In this document: positions 1 to 8,166 of the stretch, piece after piece
Numbering within the stretch: the first letter of the stretch is position 1
Layout: each line of letters starts with the position of its first letter
Virus record (IMG/VR): IMGVR_UViG_3300048905_000128
Reading direction: 5' to 3' (one strand)
Length of the DNA stretch: 64,000 nt
DNA from: a virus
Translations under genes and position numbers: made by a program
Notes under the pieces: generated by a model
Databases searched by the model: none
The model's input: the letters and a program-made list of their open reading frames with translations, nothing else
What the model was told of the DNA's origin: nothing

Positions 1-146
1 GGGCAGTGCCCCGCGAGCTTGAGCGCGAGGGCGTAGCGGTCGCCGAGACGGAGCAGCCCGTCCCCAGACGCGATCATGTTGTCGGAGTAGGCGGCCTTGG
101 CGCGGTCGAGGCAGTCGAGGAGTTCGGCGCGGTGGTCGGTACTCAC
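1..146 (-). CDS. hypothetical protein, partial (runs off left edge)
   Basis: GTG at 146 overlaps the stop of the upstream gene (GTGA). An open GC3-rich frame (VSTDHRAELLDCLDRAKAAYSDNMIASGDG...) runs to the window edge. Absent from the ORF track because it is truncated. Confidence 0.4.
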   Translation of the reverse strand, partial: MSTDHRAELLDCLDRAKAAYSDNMIASGDGLLRLGDRYALALKLAGHC

Positions 147-682
147 CGGGCACCACCCGCCAAGATCAGGGCGGCCACGAACAGGCAAGCGTGATGCAGC
201 GCCTGGTCGGCGAGGTACGGGCCGTGCAGTGGCGCGGGCACCTGCTGCTCCTGGACGTTGCCGTGCAGGGTGCTACCCCAAGTGTGGTCTCGGAGGCGAC
301 GTTCCTTCGCCATCTCCGGTGTCTCGGTCAACACGACGAGTTCCGGCACCGTCATCTGCCCGCGGGCGAAGCTCGACGAGCCGGTGGCGCGCAGAATCGC
401 GCGGACGGGCCAGCGCCGGTCGAGCAGCGCGTGGGTGCCTGTGGACCACGCCGAGGCGAGCGCGAGCCGCCACCACGCGGGCCGGACGCCGAGCGGGTAC
501 AGCGCGGCGACGGCGAGCGCCTGGGCGGCCTGATAGGAGCCGACATGCCCGGCCATCGCCCGCCAGCTGGTCGCCTTCGTCGCGGCCTGGTGATCCGTCT
601 GGATCACGTGGTCGGCGAGATCGTGTGCGGCCATCAGGGCGGCGTAGACGGCGCCGAGGCGTGCGGCCGGGGCGTCACCCAT
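143..682 (-). CDS. membrane protein, DUF3307-like
   Basis: 179-aa track ORF with an AGGAGA SD upstream of ATG 682. It has hydrophobic segments, and the HDLADHVIQTDHQAATK motif recalls DUF3307 (from memory). Confidence 0.7.
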   Translation of the reverse strand: MGDAPAARLGAVYAALMAAHDLADHVIQTDHQAATKATSWRAMAGHVGSYQAAQALAVAALYPLGVRPAWWRLALASAWSTGTHALLDRRWPVRAILRATGSSSFARGQMTVPELVVLTETPEMAKERRLRDHTWGSTLHGNVQEQQVPAPLHGPYLADQALHHACLFVAALILAGGAR

Positions 683-938
683 GGGTGGTCTCCTGTAGCT
701 CGGGGGCGGGTTCGGTGGCGGCCAGCTCGACGACGGTTTCCGCGAGGGTTAGGACGTGCGCGAGGATCCCGGAGGGCGGGGGCTCCGACGGCCGGGCGCC
801 GAGGTGGACGGCGCCGTCGCGGAGCAGCGCGACCAGGGGCTCGGCGAACGGGGACGACTGTCGGGCGGCCTCAGCTTCGAGCAGCTTGGCGGCCTTGCGG
901 CAGGTGCGGGCATAGTTGGCGGGTCGGGTGCTGCTCAT
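675..938 (-). CDS. hypothetical protein (87 aa)
   Basis: Internal ATG 938 of track ORF 675..1178, whose N-terminal part is Arg/Pro junk. ATGA overlap with the upstream stop. Confidence 0.55.
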   Translation of the reverse strand: MSSTRPANYARTCRKAAKLLEAEAARQSSPFAEPLVALLRDGAVHLGARPSEPPPSGILAHVLTLAETVVELAATEPAPELQETTHG

Positions 939-1417
939 GCGGTCACCGGGCCGAGGCCGCCGCCGGGGGTTCCGGCCAGGAGGTCGGCGTCGTTGACGGC
1001 GACCCGGATGCGGACCGCTTCGGGGCCGCCGAACTGTTCGACGTCCTCCGTGACGATGTTGACGGTCAGCTCGCCGTCGTCGTCGAAGTAGGCGAGGACG
1101 AGGGCGCCGCCGATGCGGATTGCGGGCCGGTCGTCGTCGGTGCGTTGCGGGAGGAACTGGGCGGACCGGTTCACCCACTCGGCTTCGACGGCGGTGGTGG
1201 CGAGCCGGAACCGTTGTCCGGCACTGGCGAGGATCGAGCGCTCGCCGTCGTCGAGGATGATGCGGTGGGTGGCGGGGCGGGCGATGCCGATGCGGGCCTG
1301 CTCGGGGATGGGTTCGACGCGGAGCACGGTCGCCGCGTTCCGCATCGAGATGGCGATGCGGTCGCCTGGGTGTAGCTCGTCGACGGCGCGGGATTCGAGG
1401 TCGGTGGTGAGTGTCAT
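935..1417 (-). CDS. hypothetical protein (160 aa)
   Basis: Internal ATG 1417 (MTLTTDLESRAV...) of track ORF 935..1567. ATGA overlap with the upstream gene; non-repetitive composition. Confidence 0.6.
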   Translation of the reverse strand: MTLTTDLESRAVDELHPGDRIAISMRNAATVLRVEPIPEQARIGIARPATHRIILDDGERSILASAGQRFRLATTAVEAEWVNRSAQFLPQRTDDDRPAIRIGGALVLAYFDDDGELTVNIVTEDVEQFGGPEAVRIRVAVNDADLLAGTPGGGLGPVTA

Positions 1418-1725
1418 GCCGCCGCCTCGATCCGGAGGAGCTCGCGGAGCTGGGCGGCGCACGCCCGGTAGCCCTCGGCGACTCCTTCGTCGTGGAACTC
1501 GGACGACGACAGGGTGATGGACAGGTCCGGCGGGAGGTCTGTCTGCTCGTCGGCGGCCCGGTCCCACCGGTCGGGGAGCCCGGCCAGCTCGGCGGCCGCG
1601 TCGGTCTCGGCGAGCAGCAGCCGCAGGTACTTCGCGGTGAGGTGGTCGGACAGGGTGACGGTTCCGGCTGCGACGCGGCGGGCGTGGGCCCGCTGCCCGT
1701 CGGTGAGCCGCTCTGGGGCGGGCAT
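1414..1725 (-). CDS. hypothetical protein (103 aa)
   Basis: Internal ATG 1725 (MPAPERLTDGQ...) of ORF 1414..1965. A CCCCTACCCC leader motif lies at 1744-1753 just upstream. Confidence 0.65.
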   Translation of the reverse strand: MPAPERLTDGQRAHARRVAAGTVTLSDHLTAKYLRLLLAETDAAAELAGLPDRWDRAADEQTDLPPDLSITLSSSEFHDEGVAEGYRACAAQLRELLRIEAAA

Positions 1726-1798
1726 GACGGTCCTGCTCTCTGTGGGGTAGGGGTCGATCGCGCGGCGGGGTGACCGGCGGTCTATCGGGTCTATCTTG

Positions 1799-1836
1799 CC
1801 GGGCCGGTCCGACGTTTCAGAGCCGGACCGGCCCGG
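1799..1836 (-). terminator. GC-rich hairpin downstream of gene 1839..2024
   Basis: CCGGGCCGGTCCG (1799-1811) pairs with CGGACCGGCCCGG (1824-1836), giving a 13-bp perfect stem. Confidence 0.55.
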
Positions 1837-1838
1837 GA

Positions 1839-2024
1839 TCACGCCAAGGCGGTGACGTGGTGGGCGAGCCCGCCGAGGAGGGCCCAGATGAAGCGGATGC
1901 CGTCGACGCCCAGCTCGACCGGGTTGTATCCGGCGGTCACCAGGCCGACCAGCACGGCCATGCACAACGCGATGACGGCAAACGAGACGATCCGCGGGGC
2001 GGCGGGGGCGGTGGGCTTCGTCAT
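1839..2024 (-). CDS. small membrane protein (61 aa), possibly leaderless
   Basis: ATG 2024 (MTKPTAPAAPRIVSFAVIALCMAVLVGLV...) with two hydrophobic helices. The start lies 7 nt downstream of the TAGGGT -10-like hexamer and has no SD. Confidence 0.6.
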   Translation of the reverse strand: MTKPTAPAAPRIVSFAVIALCMAVLVGLVTAGYNPVELGVDGIRFIWALLGGLAHHVTALA

Positions 2025-2026
2025 GG

Positions 2027-2266
2027 CTATGACCCTACACCATCTCCGCCGTTTTTGACCCCAGAATCTTCGGGGTTGTGTTCGGGGTCCTCCACCCCCT
2101 CCAACCATTCGGCCGTCCGCACGAACCCCTCGAACAGATAGCTCAGCATCCGCAGGAACGTCGTACCGGCCAGCAGCAGCGGGAAACCCACCACACCGGC
2201 CCGCACCGTCCCCGGCGCGAGCACCACCTCATCCACCCACCGCCACACCCGCCCGCCCACGCTCAC
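2027..2266 (-). CDS. hypothetical membrane protein (79 aa)
   Basis: Track ORF. GTG 2266 overlaps the upstream stop (GTGA). One hydrophobic helix. The 3' end runs through the promoter repeat. Confidence 0.45.
   Translation of the reverse strand: MSVGGRVWRWVDEVVLAPGTVRAGVVGFPLLLAGTTFLRMLSYLFEGFVRTAEWLEGVEDPEHNPEDSGVKNGGDGVGS
2032..2067 (-). promoter_or_regulatory. repeated promoter/operator cassette, copy 1
   Basis: On the minus strand: ATTCTGGGGTCAAAAA, a 14-nt spacer, then TAGGGT. The architecture is the same as in 7 other copies. Confidence 0.6.
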
Positions 2267-3129
2267 GACAGCGCCTCACGCCGCTCGCCCTCCGGGACGT
2301 CGTCGACGTCGACCACCGACGCCCCGTAGCCGCACGAACTGTTCGATGCCAGCTCGGCGGCCGCGTCGAGCAGCCAGTCGTCCCGCTGCTTCTCGGTCAG
2401 CGCCTCCCACCACGCCCGGGACACGACGAGGTGATCGGTGACGTCACCGCCGGGCCACTCAGCGGTGCAGCGGATCCACACCTGCGCCGCCGGGTCGTCC
2501 CGGTCGAAGTCGCTCATCCCGTCGAACGTGAACGCGGGCGGCTCTGCGGCCTGCGCCCGCAGCCGGTCCAGCTCGCCGAGGACAGCCGACAGCGAGACCG
2601 GGGTGAGCGACATGGCGACGCCCAGCCGGACGCACTCGCGAGCGTCGTCGAGCAGCTCGGCGAGCTGTTCGCGCCCCACCGGGACCGGCAGCTCCGCGTG
2701 GCCGGTGTCGTTCCGGGCGGATCTCAGGATGCGGTCGAGTTGCGCCTTGTGGCGTCCCGAGGGGGAGCGCTCCCCGCCTTCCCAGCCGACGACGGTCCGA
2801 CGGGAGACGCCGAGCGAGTCGGCGAGCTGCTGATGTGTCAGGTTGGCGATCTCGCGGCGCCGCCGTATCTGGACAGGGGTCCAGTCCGCGGTTCGGTCCT
2901 CGCCGTCATGGGGCTGCTCGACGAGCACAACGGGCCCGGCGAGCCTCTGCAGGTGCCCGATGACGCCCTGTAGCACGCGGGCGAGGTCGACCTGTGCACG
3001 CACGATGTCCATGCGGCCGCTGTCGGTTTCTGGGTTCGCCCAGCCGATCGAGTCCTGGGCGACCTTCACCCGGTGAGAGAGATCGCGGAGCCGGTCCAGG
3101 TCGAGCTGGTCGAGGCGCTCGTCGGTCAT
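2263..3129 (-). CDS. XRE-family helix-turn-helix protein (288 aa)
   Basis: Internal ATG 3129 (MTDERLDQLD...). HTH segment IRRRREIANLTHQQLADSLGVSRRTVVGWEGGERSPS. ATGA coupling to the upstream gene. Confidence 0.75.
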   Translation of the reverse strand: MTDERLDQLDLDRLRDLSHRVKVAQDSIGWANPETDSGRMDIVRAQVDLARVLQGVIGHLQRLAGPVVLVEQPHDGEDRTADWTPVQIRRRREIANLTHQQLADSLGVSRRTVVGWEGGERSPSGRHKAQLDRILRSARNDTGHAELPVPVGREQLAELLDDARECVRLGVAMSLTPVSLSAVLGELDRLRAQAAEPPAFTFDGMSDFDRDDPAAQVWIRCTAEWPGGDVTDHLVVSRAWWEALTEKQRDDWLLDAAAELASNSSCGYGASVVDVDDVPEGERREALS

Positions 3130-3500
3130 CGGGGGTCCGCCTCGGCGTAGGCGATGAACGCGTCGAGGGCGGCGCGCACGCGGCGGGCCTGGTCGACGTC
3201 GAGGTGCCCGCGGCGGCCGGGCTCGGCATCCGAGCCGATCCACACGGCATGCTTGTCAGCCAGCGACGACCGCTGCACGGAGAACGAATGGCCGTAGAGG
3301 TCGACGAACTGGGCCCAGACGGCGAACCCGCGCGGGGTGCGAGCGGGCGGCTCGGCGGCGGTCTCGTTCTCGACTTCCTCGGCGCGCAGCAGCAGCCACT
3401 CCGCCACTGCGGCCTGGGTGGTCTCGCCGTAGCGGTTGCAGATGGCGGGCAGGTCGTCGCCGGTGGCCATGGCGCGCAGCTCGTCGGACGTGTCGGTCAT
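3126..3500 (-). CDS. hypothetical protein (124 aa)
   Basis: Internal ATG 3500 (MTDTSDELRAM...), preceded by AGGAGGG and CCCCTACCCC (3520-3529). Confidence 0.65.
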   Translation of the reverse strand: MTDTSDELRAMATGDDLPAICNRYGETTQAAVAEWLLLRAEEVENETAAEPPARTPRGFAVWAQFVDLYGHSFSVQRSSLADKHAVWIGSDAEPGRRGHLDVDQARRVRAALDAFIAYAEADPR

Positions 3501-3553
3501 GGTGCCCTCCTGGGCGGTTGGGGTAGGGGTCCGGCGGCCGGTGGAGCGACCGG

Positions 3554-3955
3554 CTACAGCTCGAGGTCCGGCACGGTGAGGACGTCGGGGGCGGTGGCGT
3601 GGTTGACCAGCTCGTCGACCAGCAGGGGGCGGCCGTCCGGGTCGACGATCACGAGCCGGTCGGCGGTGACGGGAGTGGCCGGGATGGTGAGGCCGGGCCG
3701 GTAGCGGCGCCACGGGGAGACGCGGACGGTGCCGGCGAACAGGGCGACGGCGCGGTACGGGCCGGGGACGGTGGTCTCGGCGCGGGGCGGGCTGATCGGC
3801 GCGAGGGTGTCGGGGTCGATCAGCCCGGATACTCCGAGCTCGAACGCGGTCACGTCGAGGCAGAGCAGGGCGTCGACGAGGGCGGCCATGTCGATGTCGT
3901 CGGGCATGGCGTTGACGAGGAAGTCGACGGCGGCGGCGCGGTCGCGGATGTCCAT
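3554..3955 (-). CDS. hypothetical protein (133 aa)
   Basis: Track ORF with a GGAAGGA SD upstream of ATG 3955; acidic, non-repetitive. Confidence 0.65.
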   Translation of the reverse strand: MDIRDRAAAVDFLVNAMPDDIDMAALVDALLCLDVTAFELGVSGLIDPDTLAPISPPRAETTVPGPYRAVALFAGTVRVSPWRRYRPGLTIPATPVTADRLVIVDPDGRPLLVDELVNHATAPDVLTVPDLEL

Positions 3956-3978
3956 GGCGGGATCCTTCCGGATGGTGT

Positions 3979-4009
3979 GCCGGGCCCGGGGTTGCGCGCC
4001 GGGCCCGGC
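3979..4009 (-). terminator. GC hairpin after gene 4017..4412
   Basis: GCCGGGCCCGG and CCGGGCCCGGC form an 11-bp perfect stem. Confidence 0.55.
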
Positions 4010-4016
4010 TGGGCGG

Positions 4017-4412
4017 TTAGCGGGTGGCGTGGGTGGTGTCGGCGACGAACCGGCCCTGGGCGTCGCGGCCGGTGTGCAGCCCGGTGATCTCGCGGCGGGG
4101 GGCCTGGGCGTTCTTGCCCTCCCGGATGTTCTCGATGGCCCGGATGGCGTCGGCGACGCCGCCGCCGAGGTGGTGGCGGCCGTCGCGGGTGTACCAGCCG
4201 ACCCGGGCGACGTTCAGGAGCTTGACGGTGCGGGTGCGGGCCTCGTCGCAGGCGATGTACCGCTGGGGGACGAGGACGTCGAATGAGGTGGGGCCGTACC
4301 AGCGGAGCTCGGCGCGGACGTCGCCGATGGCGATGGTGGCGATGGCCTCGACGATCATCCGGATGGTGCGGGGGAGGGTGTCGAGGGCGGGCGGTGCGGT
4401 GCGGGTCTTCAT
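4017..4412 (-). CDS. hypothetical protein (131 aa)
   Basis: Track ORF. The leader is GAACCCCTACCCCGGAGGAcacgATG, with the promoter repeat upstream. Confidence 0.7.
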   Translation of the reverse strand: MKTRTAPPALDTLPRTIRMIVEAIATIAIGDVRAELRWYGPTSFDVLVPQRYIACDEARTRTVKLLNVARVGWYTRDGRHHLGGGVADAIRAIENIREGKNAQAPRREITGLHTGRDAQGRFVADTTHATR

Positions 4413-4449
4413 CGTGTCCTCCGGGGTAGGGGTTCCGGCTACAGGTGTA

Positions 4450-4485
4450 ACCCTACACCACCGTTGCCATTTCTGACCCCACTAT
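4450..4485 (-). promoter_or_regulatory. repeated promoter/operator cassette, copy 2
   Basis: On the minus strand: ATAGTGGGGTCAGAAA, a 14-nt spacer, then TAGGGT. Confidence 0.6.
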
Positions 4486-4486
4486 T

Positions 4487-4741
4487 TCAGCCGGTGTGTT
4501 CGGCGTCCTTCGCGACGAGGTGGCGCGGGTTCGGCCGCAGAACCGGCGCCTCCCGGTTAGCCGCCCACGCGTACGTCTCCCGCTCGACCACGCCCCGGCA
4601 GTTCACCACCGTGTAGACGGTGTCCCCGGCCCGGTACACGTCGAGGACGGCCCGCCATCCGGCGACCGGCAGGCGGAGCCAGTCCCCCACGGCGACGTCA
4701 GCGACGGGCAGGGTCAGGGCGAGGCGGGCGGGCGTGTCCAT
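4487..4741 (-). CDS. hypothetical protein (84 aa)
   Basis: Internal ATG 4741 (MDTPARLALTLPV...) with an AGGAGGAACCCC SD. Confidence 0.6.
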   Translation of the reverse strand: MDTPARLALTLPVADVAVGDWLRLPVAGWRAVLDVYRAGDTVYTVVNCRGVVERETYAWAANREAPVLRPNPRHLVAKDAEHTG

Positions 4742-4785
4742 GGGGTTCCTCCTGGGGCTGTACGGGTCGGTGAGGGATGAACGGC

Positions 4786-4809
4786 CCGGCCCCGGGGTTC
4801 CGGGGCCGG
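4786..4809 (-). terminator. GC hairpin after gene 4821..5252
   Basis: CCGGCCCCGG, loop ggtt, CCGGGGCCGG: a 10-bp perfect stem. Confidence 0.55.
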
Positions 4810-4820
4810 ACCAGGGGGAC

Positions 4821-5252
4821 TCAGCGGTGGAACAGCTCGGCGACCTCGTCGGGGCCGACCTCGTCGAAGCGGGAGACGCCCGGGATCTCCTCCATGACGC
4901 CGAGGATGCGGACGTGGAGCTCCTCGACCTTCCCGGCGCTGCCGTGCATCGACTCGATGACGGCGAGGCGACCATCGGTGAGGCGGCACCGGCGGCCGTT
5001 GTCGTCCATGGTCACCGAGGGGCGGACCTGGGCCTCCCAGTACGCGACGTTCAGCTTCCCGGCCGCGAGGCGGCAGGTCGGGCACGACCCGGCGAGGCCG
5101 GTCACGATGCCGTGGTTGGCGAAGCTGCGGCGCTTGGTGGCGCACATGATCGCGGGGGCGGCGTGGCCGTCGAGGTGGGCGAGGTGGCCGACGCCGCCGT
5201 TGTCGACGAGGAGCAGGAACTCGGGGACCGTCGTGGTGGCGGTGGTGTTCAT
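4821..5252 (-). CDS. hypothetical protein (143 aa)
   Basis: Internal ATG 5252 (MNTTATTTVPEF...). The leader is CCCCTACTCCGGAGGtcaccATG. Confidence 0.7.
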   Translation of the reverse strand: MNTTATTTVPEFLLLVDNGGVGHLAHLDGHAAPAIMCATKRRSFANHGIVTGLAGSCPTCRLAAGKLNVAYWEAQVRPSVTMDDNGRRCRLTDGRLAVIESMHGSAGKVEELHVRILGVMEEIPGVSRFDEVGPDEVAELFHR

Positions 5253-5288
5253 GGTGACCTCCGGAGTAGGGGTTCGTGCTGTGGTTTC

Positions 5289-5324
5289 ACCATACACCAT
5301 ATCGCGAGTTTTTGACCCCACTAA
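5289..5324 (-). promoter_or_regulatory. repeated promoter/operator cassette, copy 3
   Basis: On the minus strand: TTAGTGGGGTCAAAAA, a 14-nt spacer, then TATGGT. Confidence 0.6.
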
Positions 5325-5548
5325 TTCGAGGGTTGTGCTCGGGGTCCTTCCAGTTCCGCGAGGGCCAGCTCACGCCCCGCCTCGTAGCCCGCCGAGAACG
5401 CAGACATGATCGCGGCCGCTCCCCCACCGACCGGCATCCCCGCGATGGCCGCCCGCACGTCGACGTCGAGCGCGGGTGCGGCCGGGCGGCCCGCATCCCA
5501 GGCCGCCCGACCCAGGGCCTCGAACCGGGCCCGCTCCTCCCCCGTCAT
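5321..5548 (-). CDS. hypothetical protein (75 aa)
   Basis: Internal ATG 5548 (MTGEERARFEALG...) of ORF 5321..6028. ATGA overlap with the upstream stop. Confidence 0.5.
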   Translation of the reverse strand: MTGEERARFEALGRAAWDAGRPAAPALDVDVRAAIAGMPVGGGAAAIMSAFSAGYEAGRELALAELEGPRAQPSN

Positions 5549-5937
5549 CGGGCCAGCTCCGCGCGCTTCGCCTCCGCGTCGACGTCGGTCGCCAGGCCGT
5601 CCGCGAGGACCTGGCCGTCCGGGGTGACGACCTGCCAGCAGCGCACGTCGCCGGTGACGATGTCGTGGTAGGACCGCACGAACGGCTCGGCGAGCACGAA
5701 CGAGGAGCGGCGGACGTGCTCGAGGGTGCGCTCGCGCTGTGCGCCCGGCTCGCCTTCCAGCCGCACGAGCTCGTACCGGTCGCTGCCGTGCCGCTGCTGG
5801 TCGGCGCATGCCTGGCGGTCGCAGTCGCACCAGCCGAGGACGCGGTACCGGCCGCGGTGCTCGGTGAGGGAGCCCCGGTAGTCGACCAGCGCGCCGGGGC
5901 GGGGCGGGGCGGTCTCGGCGGTCAGGTCGGCGGTCAT
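5545..5937 (-). CDS. hypothetical protein (130 aa)
   Basis: Track ORF. The leader is CGACTACCCCCGAGGAGcgaccATG. Confidence 0.65.
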   Translation of the reverse strand: MTADLTAETAPPRPGALVDYRGSLTEHRGRYRVLGWCDCDRQACADQQRHGSDRYELVRLEGEPGAQRERTLEHVRRSSFVLAEPFVRSYHDIVTGDVRCWQVVTPDGQVLADGLATDVDAEAKRAELAR

Positions 5938-5972
5938 GGTCGCTCCTCGGGGGTAGTCGAGCGGGGACGTGA

Positions 5973-5997
5973 GCCCGGCCCCATGTCGGGGCCGGGC
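5973..5997 (-). terminator. GC hairpin after gene 6004..6255
   Basis: GCCCGGCCCC and GGGGCCGGGC form a 10-bp stem. Confidence 0.5.
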
Positions 5998-6003
5998 GGG
6001 CGG

Positions 6004-6255
6004 CTATACCGCCGCGGCGGCCCGCCACTGGTCGGCGGCGAGGTGGGCGCGCTCGGCGCGGGTGATGGCGGTCTCGGCGACCTGGCGCCCGATCTCGAGC
6101 GCGCGGTCGCGGGTGATGTCGCCCTCAAGGCGGGTGAAGCCGACGAGGCGAGGGTCGACCATGCGGAACCCCCAGGCGGAGCCGGCGAGGTTGAGCTGCC
6201 GGACCTCGACCTCGACGCCGTTGGTGCCGGTGATGGTGGTGGTGGTGACGGCCAT
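6004..6255 (-). CDS. hypothetical protein (83 aa)
   Basis: Internal ATG 6255 (MAVTTTTITGTNG...) of the 448-aa track ORF. The leader is GAACCCCTACCCCAGGAGcaccccATG. Confidence 0.6.
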   Translation of the reverse strand: MAVTTTTITGTNGVEVEVRQLNLAGSAWGFRMVDPRLVGFTRLEGDITRDRALEIGRQVAETAITRAERAHLAADQWRAAAAV

Positions 6256-6293
6256 GGGGTGCTCCTGGGGTAGGGGTTCCGTTCGGTGTGGTT

Positions 6294-6614
6294 TCACCCT
6301 ACACCCTGGCCGTCGTTTCTGACCCCAGTAATTTGGAGGACGTGGGACACATCGGCCGCCGGGTCGCCCTCGGCGACCGGACTGGGCAGCACACGCGTCG
6401 GCGCCGACACCGCAGCCGGGGCCGCCGGACCCACCCCAGGGATCGACGGCAACGCCAGCCCGACCAGCCCGAAAGCGACCAGCAAGCCGACGAGCACGCC
6501 GCCGATCCACACGCGGATGTCGGGGTCGATGTCGGACCAGCGGCGGCGCCGCGGCCGCTCGACGGCCGGGGCGGGCGGCTCGATGCGAAGGAAGCGGGTG
6601 GTGGGCGTGTCCAT
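6294..6614 (-). CDS. membrane protein (106 aa)
   Basis: Track ORF with a transmembrane helix (VWIGGVLVGLLVAFGLVGLAL). CCCCTACCCC lies at 6635-6644 plus a GCAGGAG SD. Confidence 0.6.
   Translation of the reverse strand: MDTPTTRFLRIEPPAPAVERPRRRRWSDIDPDIRVWIGGVLVGLLVAFGLVGLALPSIPGVGPAAPAAVSAPTRVLPSPVAEGDPAADVSHVLQITGVRNDGQGVG
6296..6331 (-). promoter_or_regulatory. repeated promoter/operator cassette, copy 4
   Basis: On the minus strand: TTACTGGGGTCAGAAA, a 14-nt spacer, then TAGGGT. Confidence 0.6.
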
Positions 6615-6651
6615 CGTGGGCTCCTGCGGGGTGTGGGGTAGGGGTCGGGGC

Positions 6652-6682
6652 GGCCCGGCCGTCAGGGGTGGACGGCCGGGCC
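6652..6682 (-). terminator. GC hairpin after gene 6690..7454
   Basis: GGCCCGGCCGTC and GACGGCCGGGCC form a 12-bp perfect stem. Confidence 0.55.
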
Positions 6683-6689
6683 CGGGGAG

Positions 6690-7454
6690 TCAGCCCTGCA
6701 GCTCGGCGAGGTACTCGGTGACCGCCGCCTCGACGTCGGCGGCGAGCAGGCACCGCTGCAGCCGCACCATGACCTCGCCGCGCTGGACCGTCTTGCGGGC
6801 CGGGCGGGTGCGACCCTGGCCGCGCTGGGCGAGCCGCTCGACGCGGGCCGTCCACCACTGCACCCCGGCCTCGACGTCGACCAGGTGGCGCTGCCCGTCG
6901 ACCTCCCGGCCCGGGTAAGCCTTGTCGGACAGGACGGCCCCATACATGCGCTGCGGGGTGAAGTCCTCGGCGACCAGGCCGCGCTCCCGCAGGATCGCCA
7001 CCAGCCGGTACGGGGTGACCAGCCCGTCCGGACGCTCGACGACCCGACGGGCCCGCTTCGACTCCGGGTGCTCGTCGGTGCAGGCGTCGAGGTCCTCGCA
7101 CTCGTCGCGGGTGTGGTCGGCGACGACCACTGCGTCGACCGGCTCGCTGTAGGTCTCGGCGATGCCGTCGAGCGCGGCCTCGACGCCCTTGTCCTCGACC
7201 GGGGCCGGGGCGTCGCAGGCCTCGTCGACCTCGGGGGCCTCGGCGATCTCCTCGGCGGTCGGGGTGTCGACCAGCTCGATGCGGTCGATGCGGACCCGCT
7301 TCGTCAGGGTGGCCGCCTTGCCCTTCACCTCGACCTCGACGACAACCCAACCGGCGTCGAGGTCGACGGACTGGACGATGCCGGGGCGGGCGGCCCGACG
7401 GGGGTCGAGCGTGACGTCGACGGTCTGGCCGACCTGGGGGGCGGTGGTGTTCAT
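6690..7454 (-). CDS. hypothetical acidic protein (254 aa)
   Basis: Track ORF 6690..7460. The second ATG (7454) is preferred because the GGAG abuts the first ATG. The leader is GAACCCCTACCCCACGGAG. Confidence 0.7.
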   Translation of the reverse strand: MNTTAPQVGQTVDVTLDPRRAARPGIVQSVDLDAGWVVVEVEVKGKAATLTKRVRIDRIELVDTPTAEEIAEAPEVDEACDAPAPVEDKGVEAALDGIAETYSEPVDAVVVADHTRDECEDLDACTDEHPESKRARRVVERPDGLVTPYRLVAILRERGLVAEDFTPQRMYGAVLSDKAYPGREVDGQRHLVDVEAGVQWWTARVERLAQRGQGRTRPARKTVQRGEVMVRLQRCLLAADVEAAVTEYLAELQG

Positions 7455-7494
7455 CGTCATCTCCGTGGGGTAGGGGTTCCTGCTGACATGGATA

Positions 7495-7530
7495 ACCCTA
7501 CACGCCTTCCACCGTTTTTGACCCCAGAAA
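7495..7530 (-). promoter_or_regulatory. repeated promoter/operator cassette, copy 5
   Basis: On the minus strand: TTTCTGGGGTCAAAAA, a 14-nt spacer, then TAGGGT. Confidence 0.6.
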
Positions 7531-7701
7531 CTAGCATCGAGTTGTGTGCTCTACGTCCTCCACGTCCGACCGCCATATGTACGACAGCCCCCACACGCGC
7601 GAGACGACGCAGGCGCGGGCGACCGACCTGGGGGTTTGTGGTGTGGGTGGTGTGGGGGTGCTGGTCGGGCGGTCTGTCCTGTGTGGTCTACGTCCTCCAC
7701 A

Positions 7702-7737
7702 TTTCTGGGGCCAGATATTCGGTTTTTGGTGTAGGGT
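7702..7737 (+). promoter_or_regulatory. repeated promoter/operator cassette, copy 6 (divergent from copy 5)
   Basis: TTTCTGGGGCCAGATA, a 14-nt spacer, then TAGGGT, upstream of gene 7776. Confidence 0.55.
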
Positions 7738-7775
7738 TAACCCGTCGGATCGAGCAGGGGAGGGAGGTGAACGGT

Positions 7776-8042
7776 ATGGCAGACAAGCTGGGCGACAAGA
7801 TCATGTTGGCGGCGGCCGACCAGGGATGGACGGTCGTCGACCACGGGACCATGGTCCGGTTCGTCAGCAGCCAGGTGGCGGCGTCTTTCGACGTCCCCCA
7901 TGAGCTGCTGGACGACCCGGCGATGGAGCCGACCCTTCGGGGCACGGTGCTCCTGGACATGATCGTCGCGGGACACCTGCAGTGGCCTTGGCCGCCGGAC
8001 CACGTCGAGTGGATCCACGGTGAGACGCCGCTGATGGAGTGA
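7776..8042 (+). CDS. hypothetical protein (88 aa)
   Basis: Internal ATG 7776 (MADKLGDKIML...) of ORF 6885..8042 with a GGGAGGGAGG SD. Confidence 0.65.
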   Translation: MADKLGDKIMLAAADQGWTVVDHGTMVRFVSSQVAASFDVPHELLDDPAMEPTLRGTVLLDMIVAGHLQWPWPPDHVEWIHGETPLME

Positions 8043-8047
8043 TCCCG

Positions 8048-8090
8048 GGGCGGGGGTCCTGCCGGGGTATGACCGGCAGGGCCCCCGCCC
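8048..8090 (+). terminator. long GC hairpin
   Basis: GGGCGGGGGTCCTGCCGG pairs with CCGGCAGGGCCCCCGCCC, an 18-bp stem with one mismatch. Confidence 0.6.
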
Positions 8091-8125
8091 GCCCAGCATC
8101 GCAGGACACGCCACTCAACCCGAAG

Positions 8126-8148
8126 GCCCTAGACAAACAGTCTAGGGC
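8126..8148. promoter_or_regulatory. perfect palindrome GCCCTAGAC-N5-GTCTAGGGC (operator-like)
   Basis: 9-bp arms, 19 nt upstream of ATG 8167. The core TAGAC-N5-GTCTA is the same as at 22899-22913. Confidence 0.5.
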
Positions 8149-8166
8149 TGGGCACCATACCGACCC

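Noticed and set aside
6004-7350. 448-aa minus-strand ORF.
   Set aside because: Only the last 83 codons follow an SD and leader motif. The rest is Arg/Pro/Gly junk overlapping the well-supported 6294..6614 and 6690..7454 genes in other frames.
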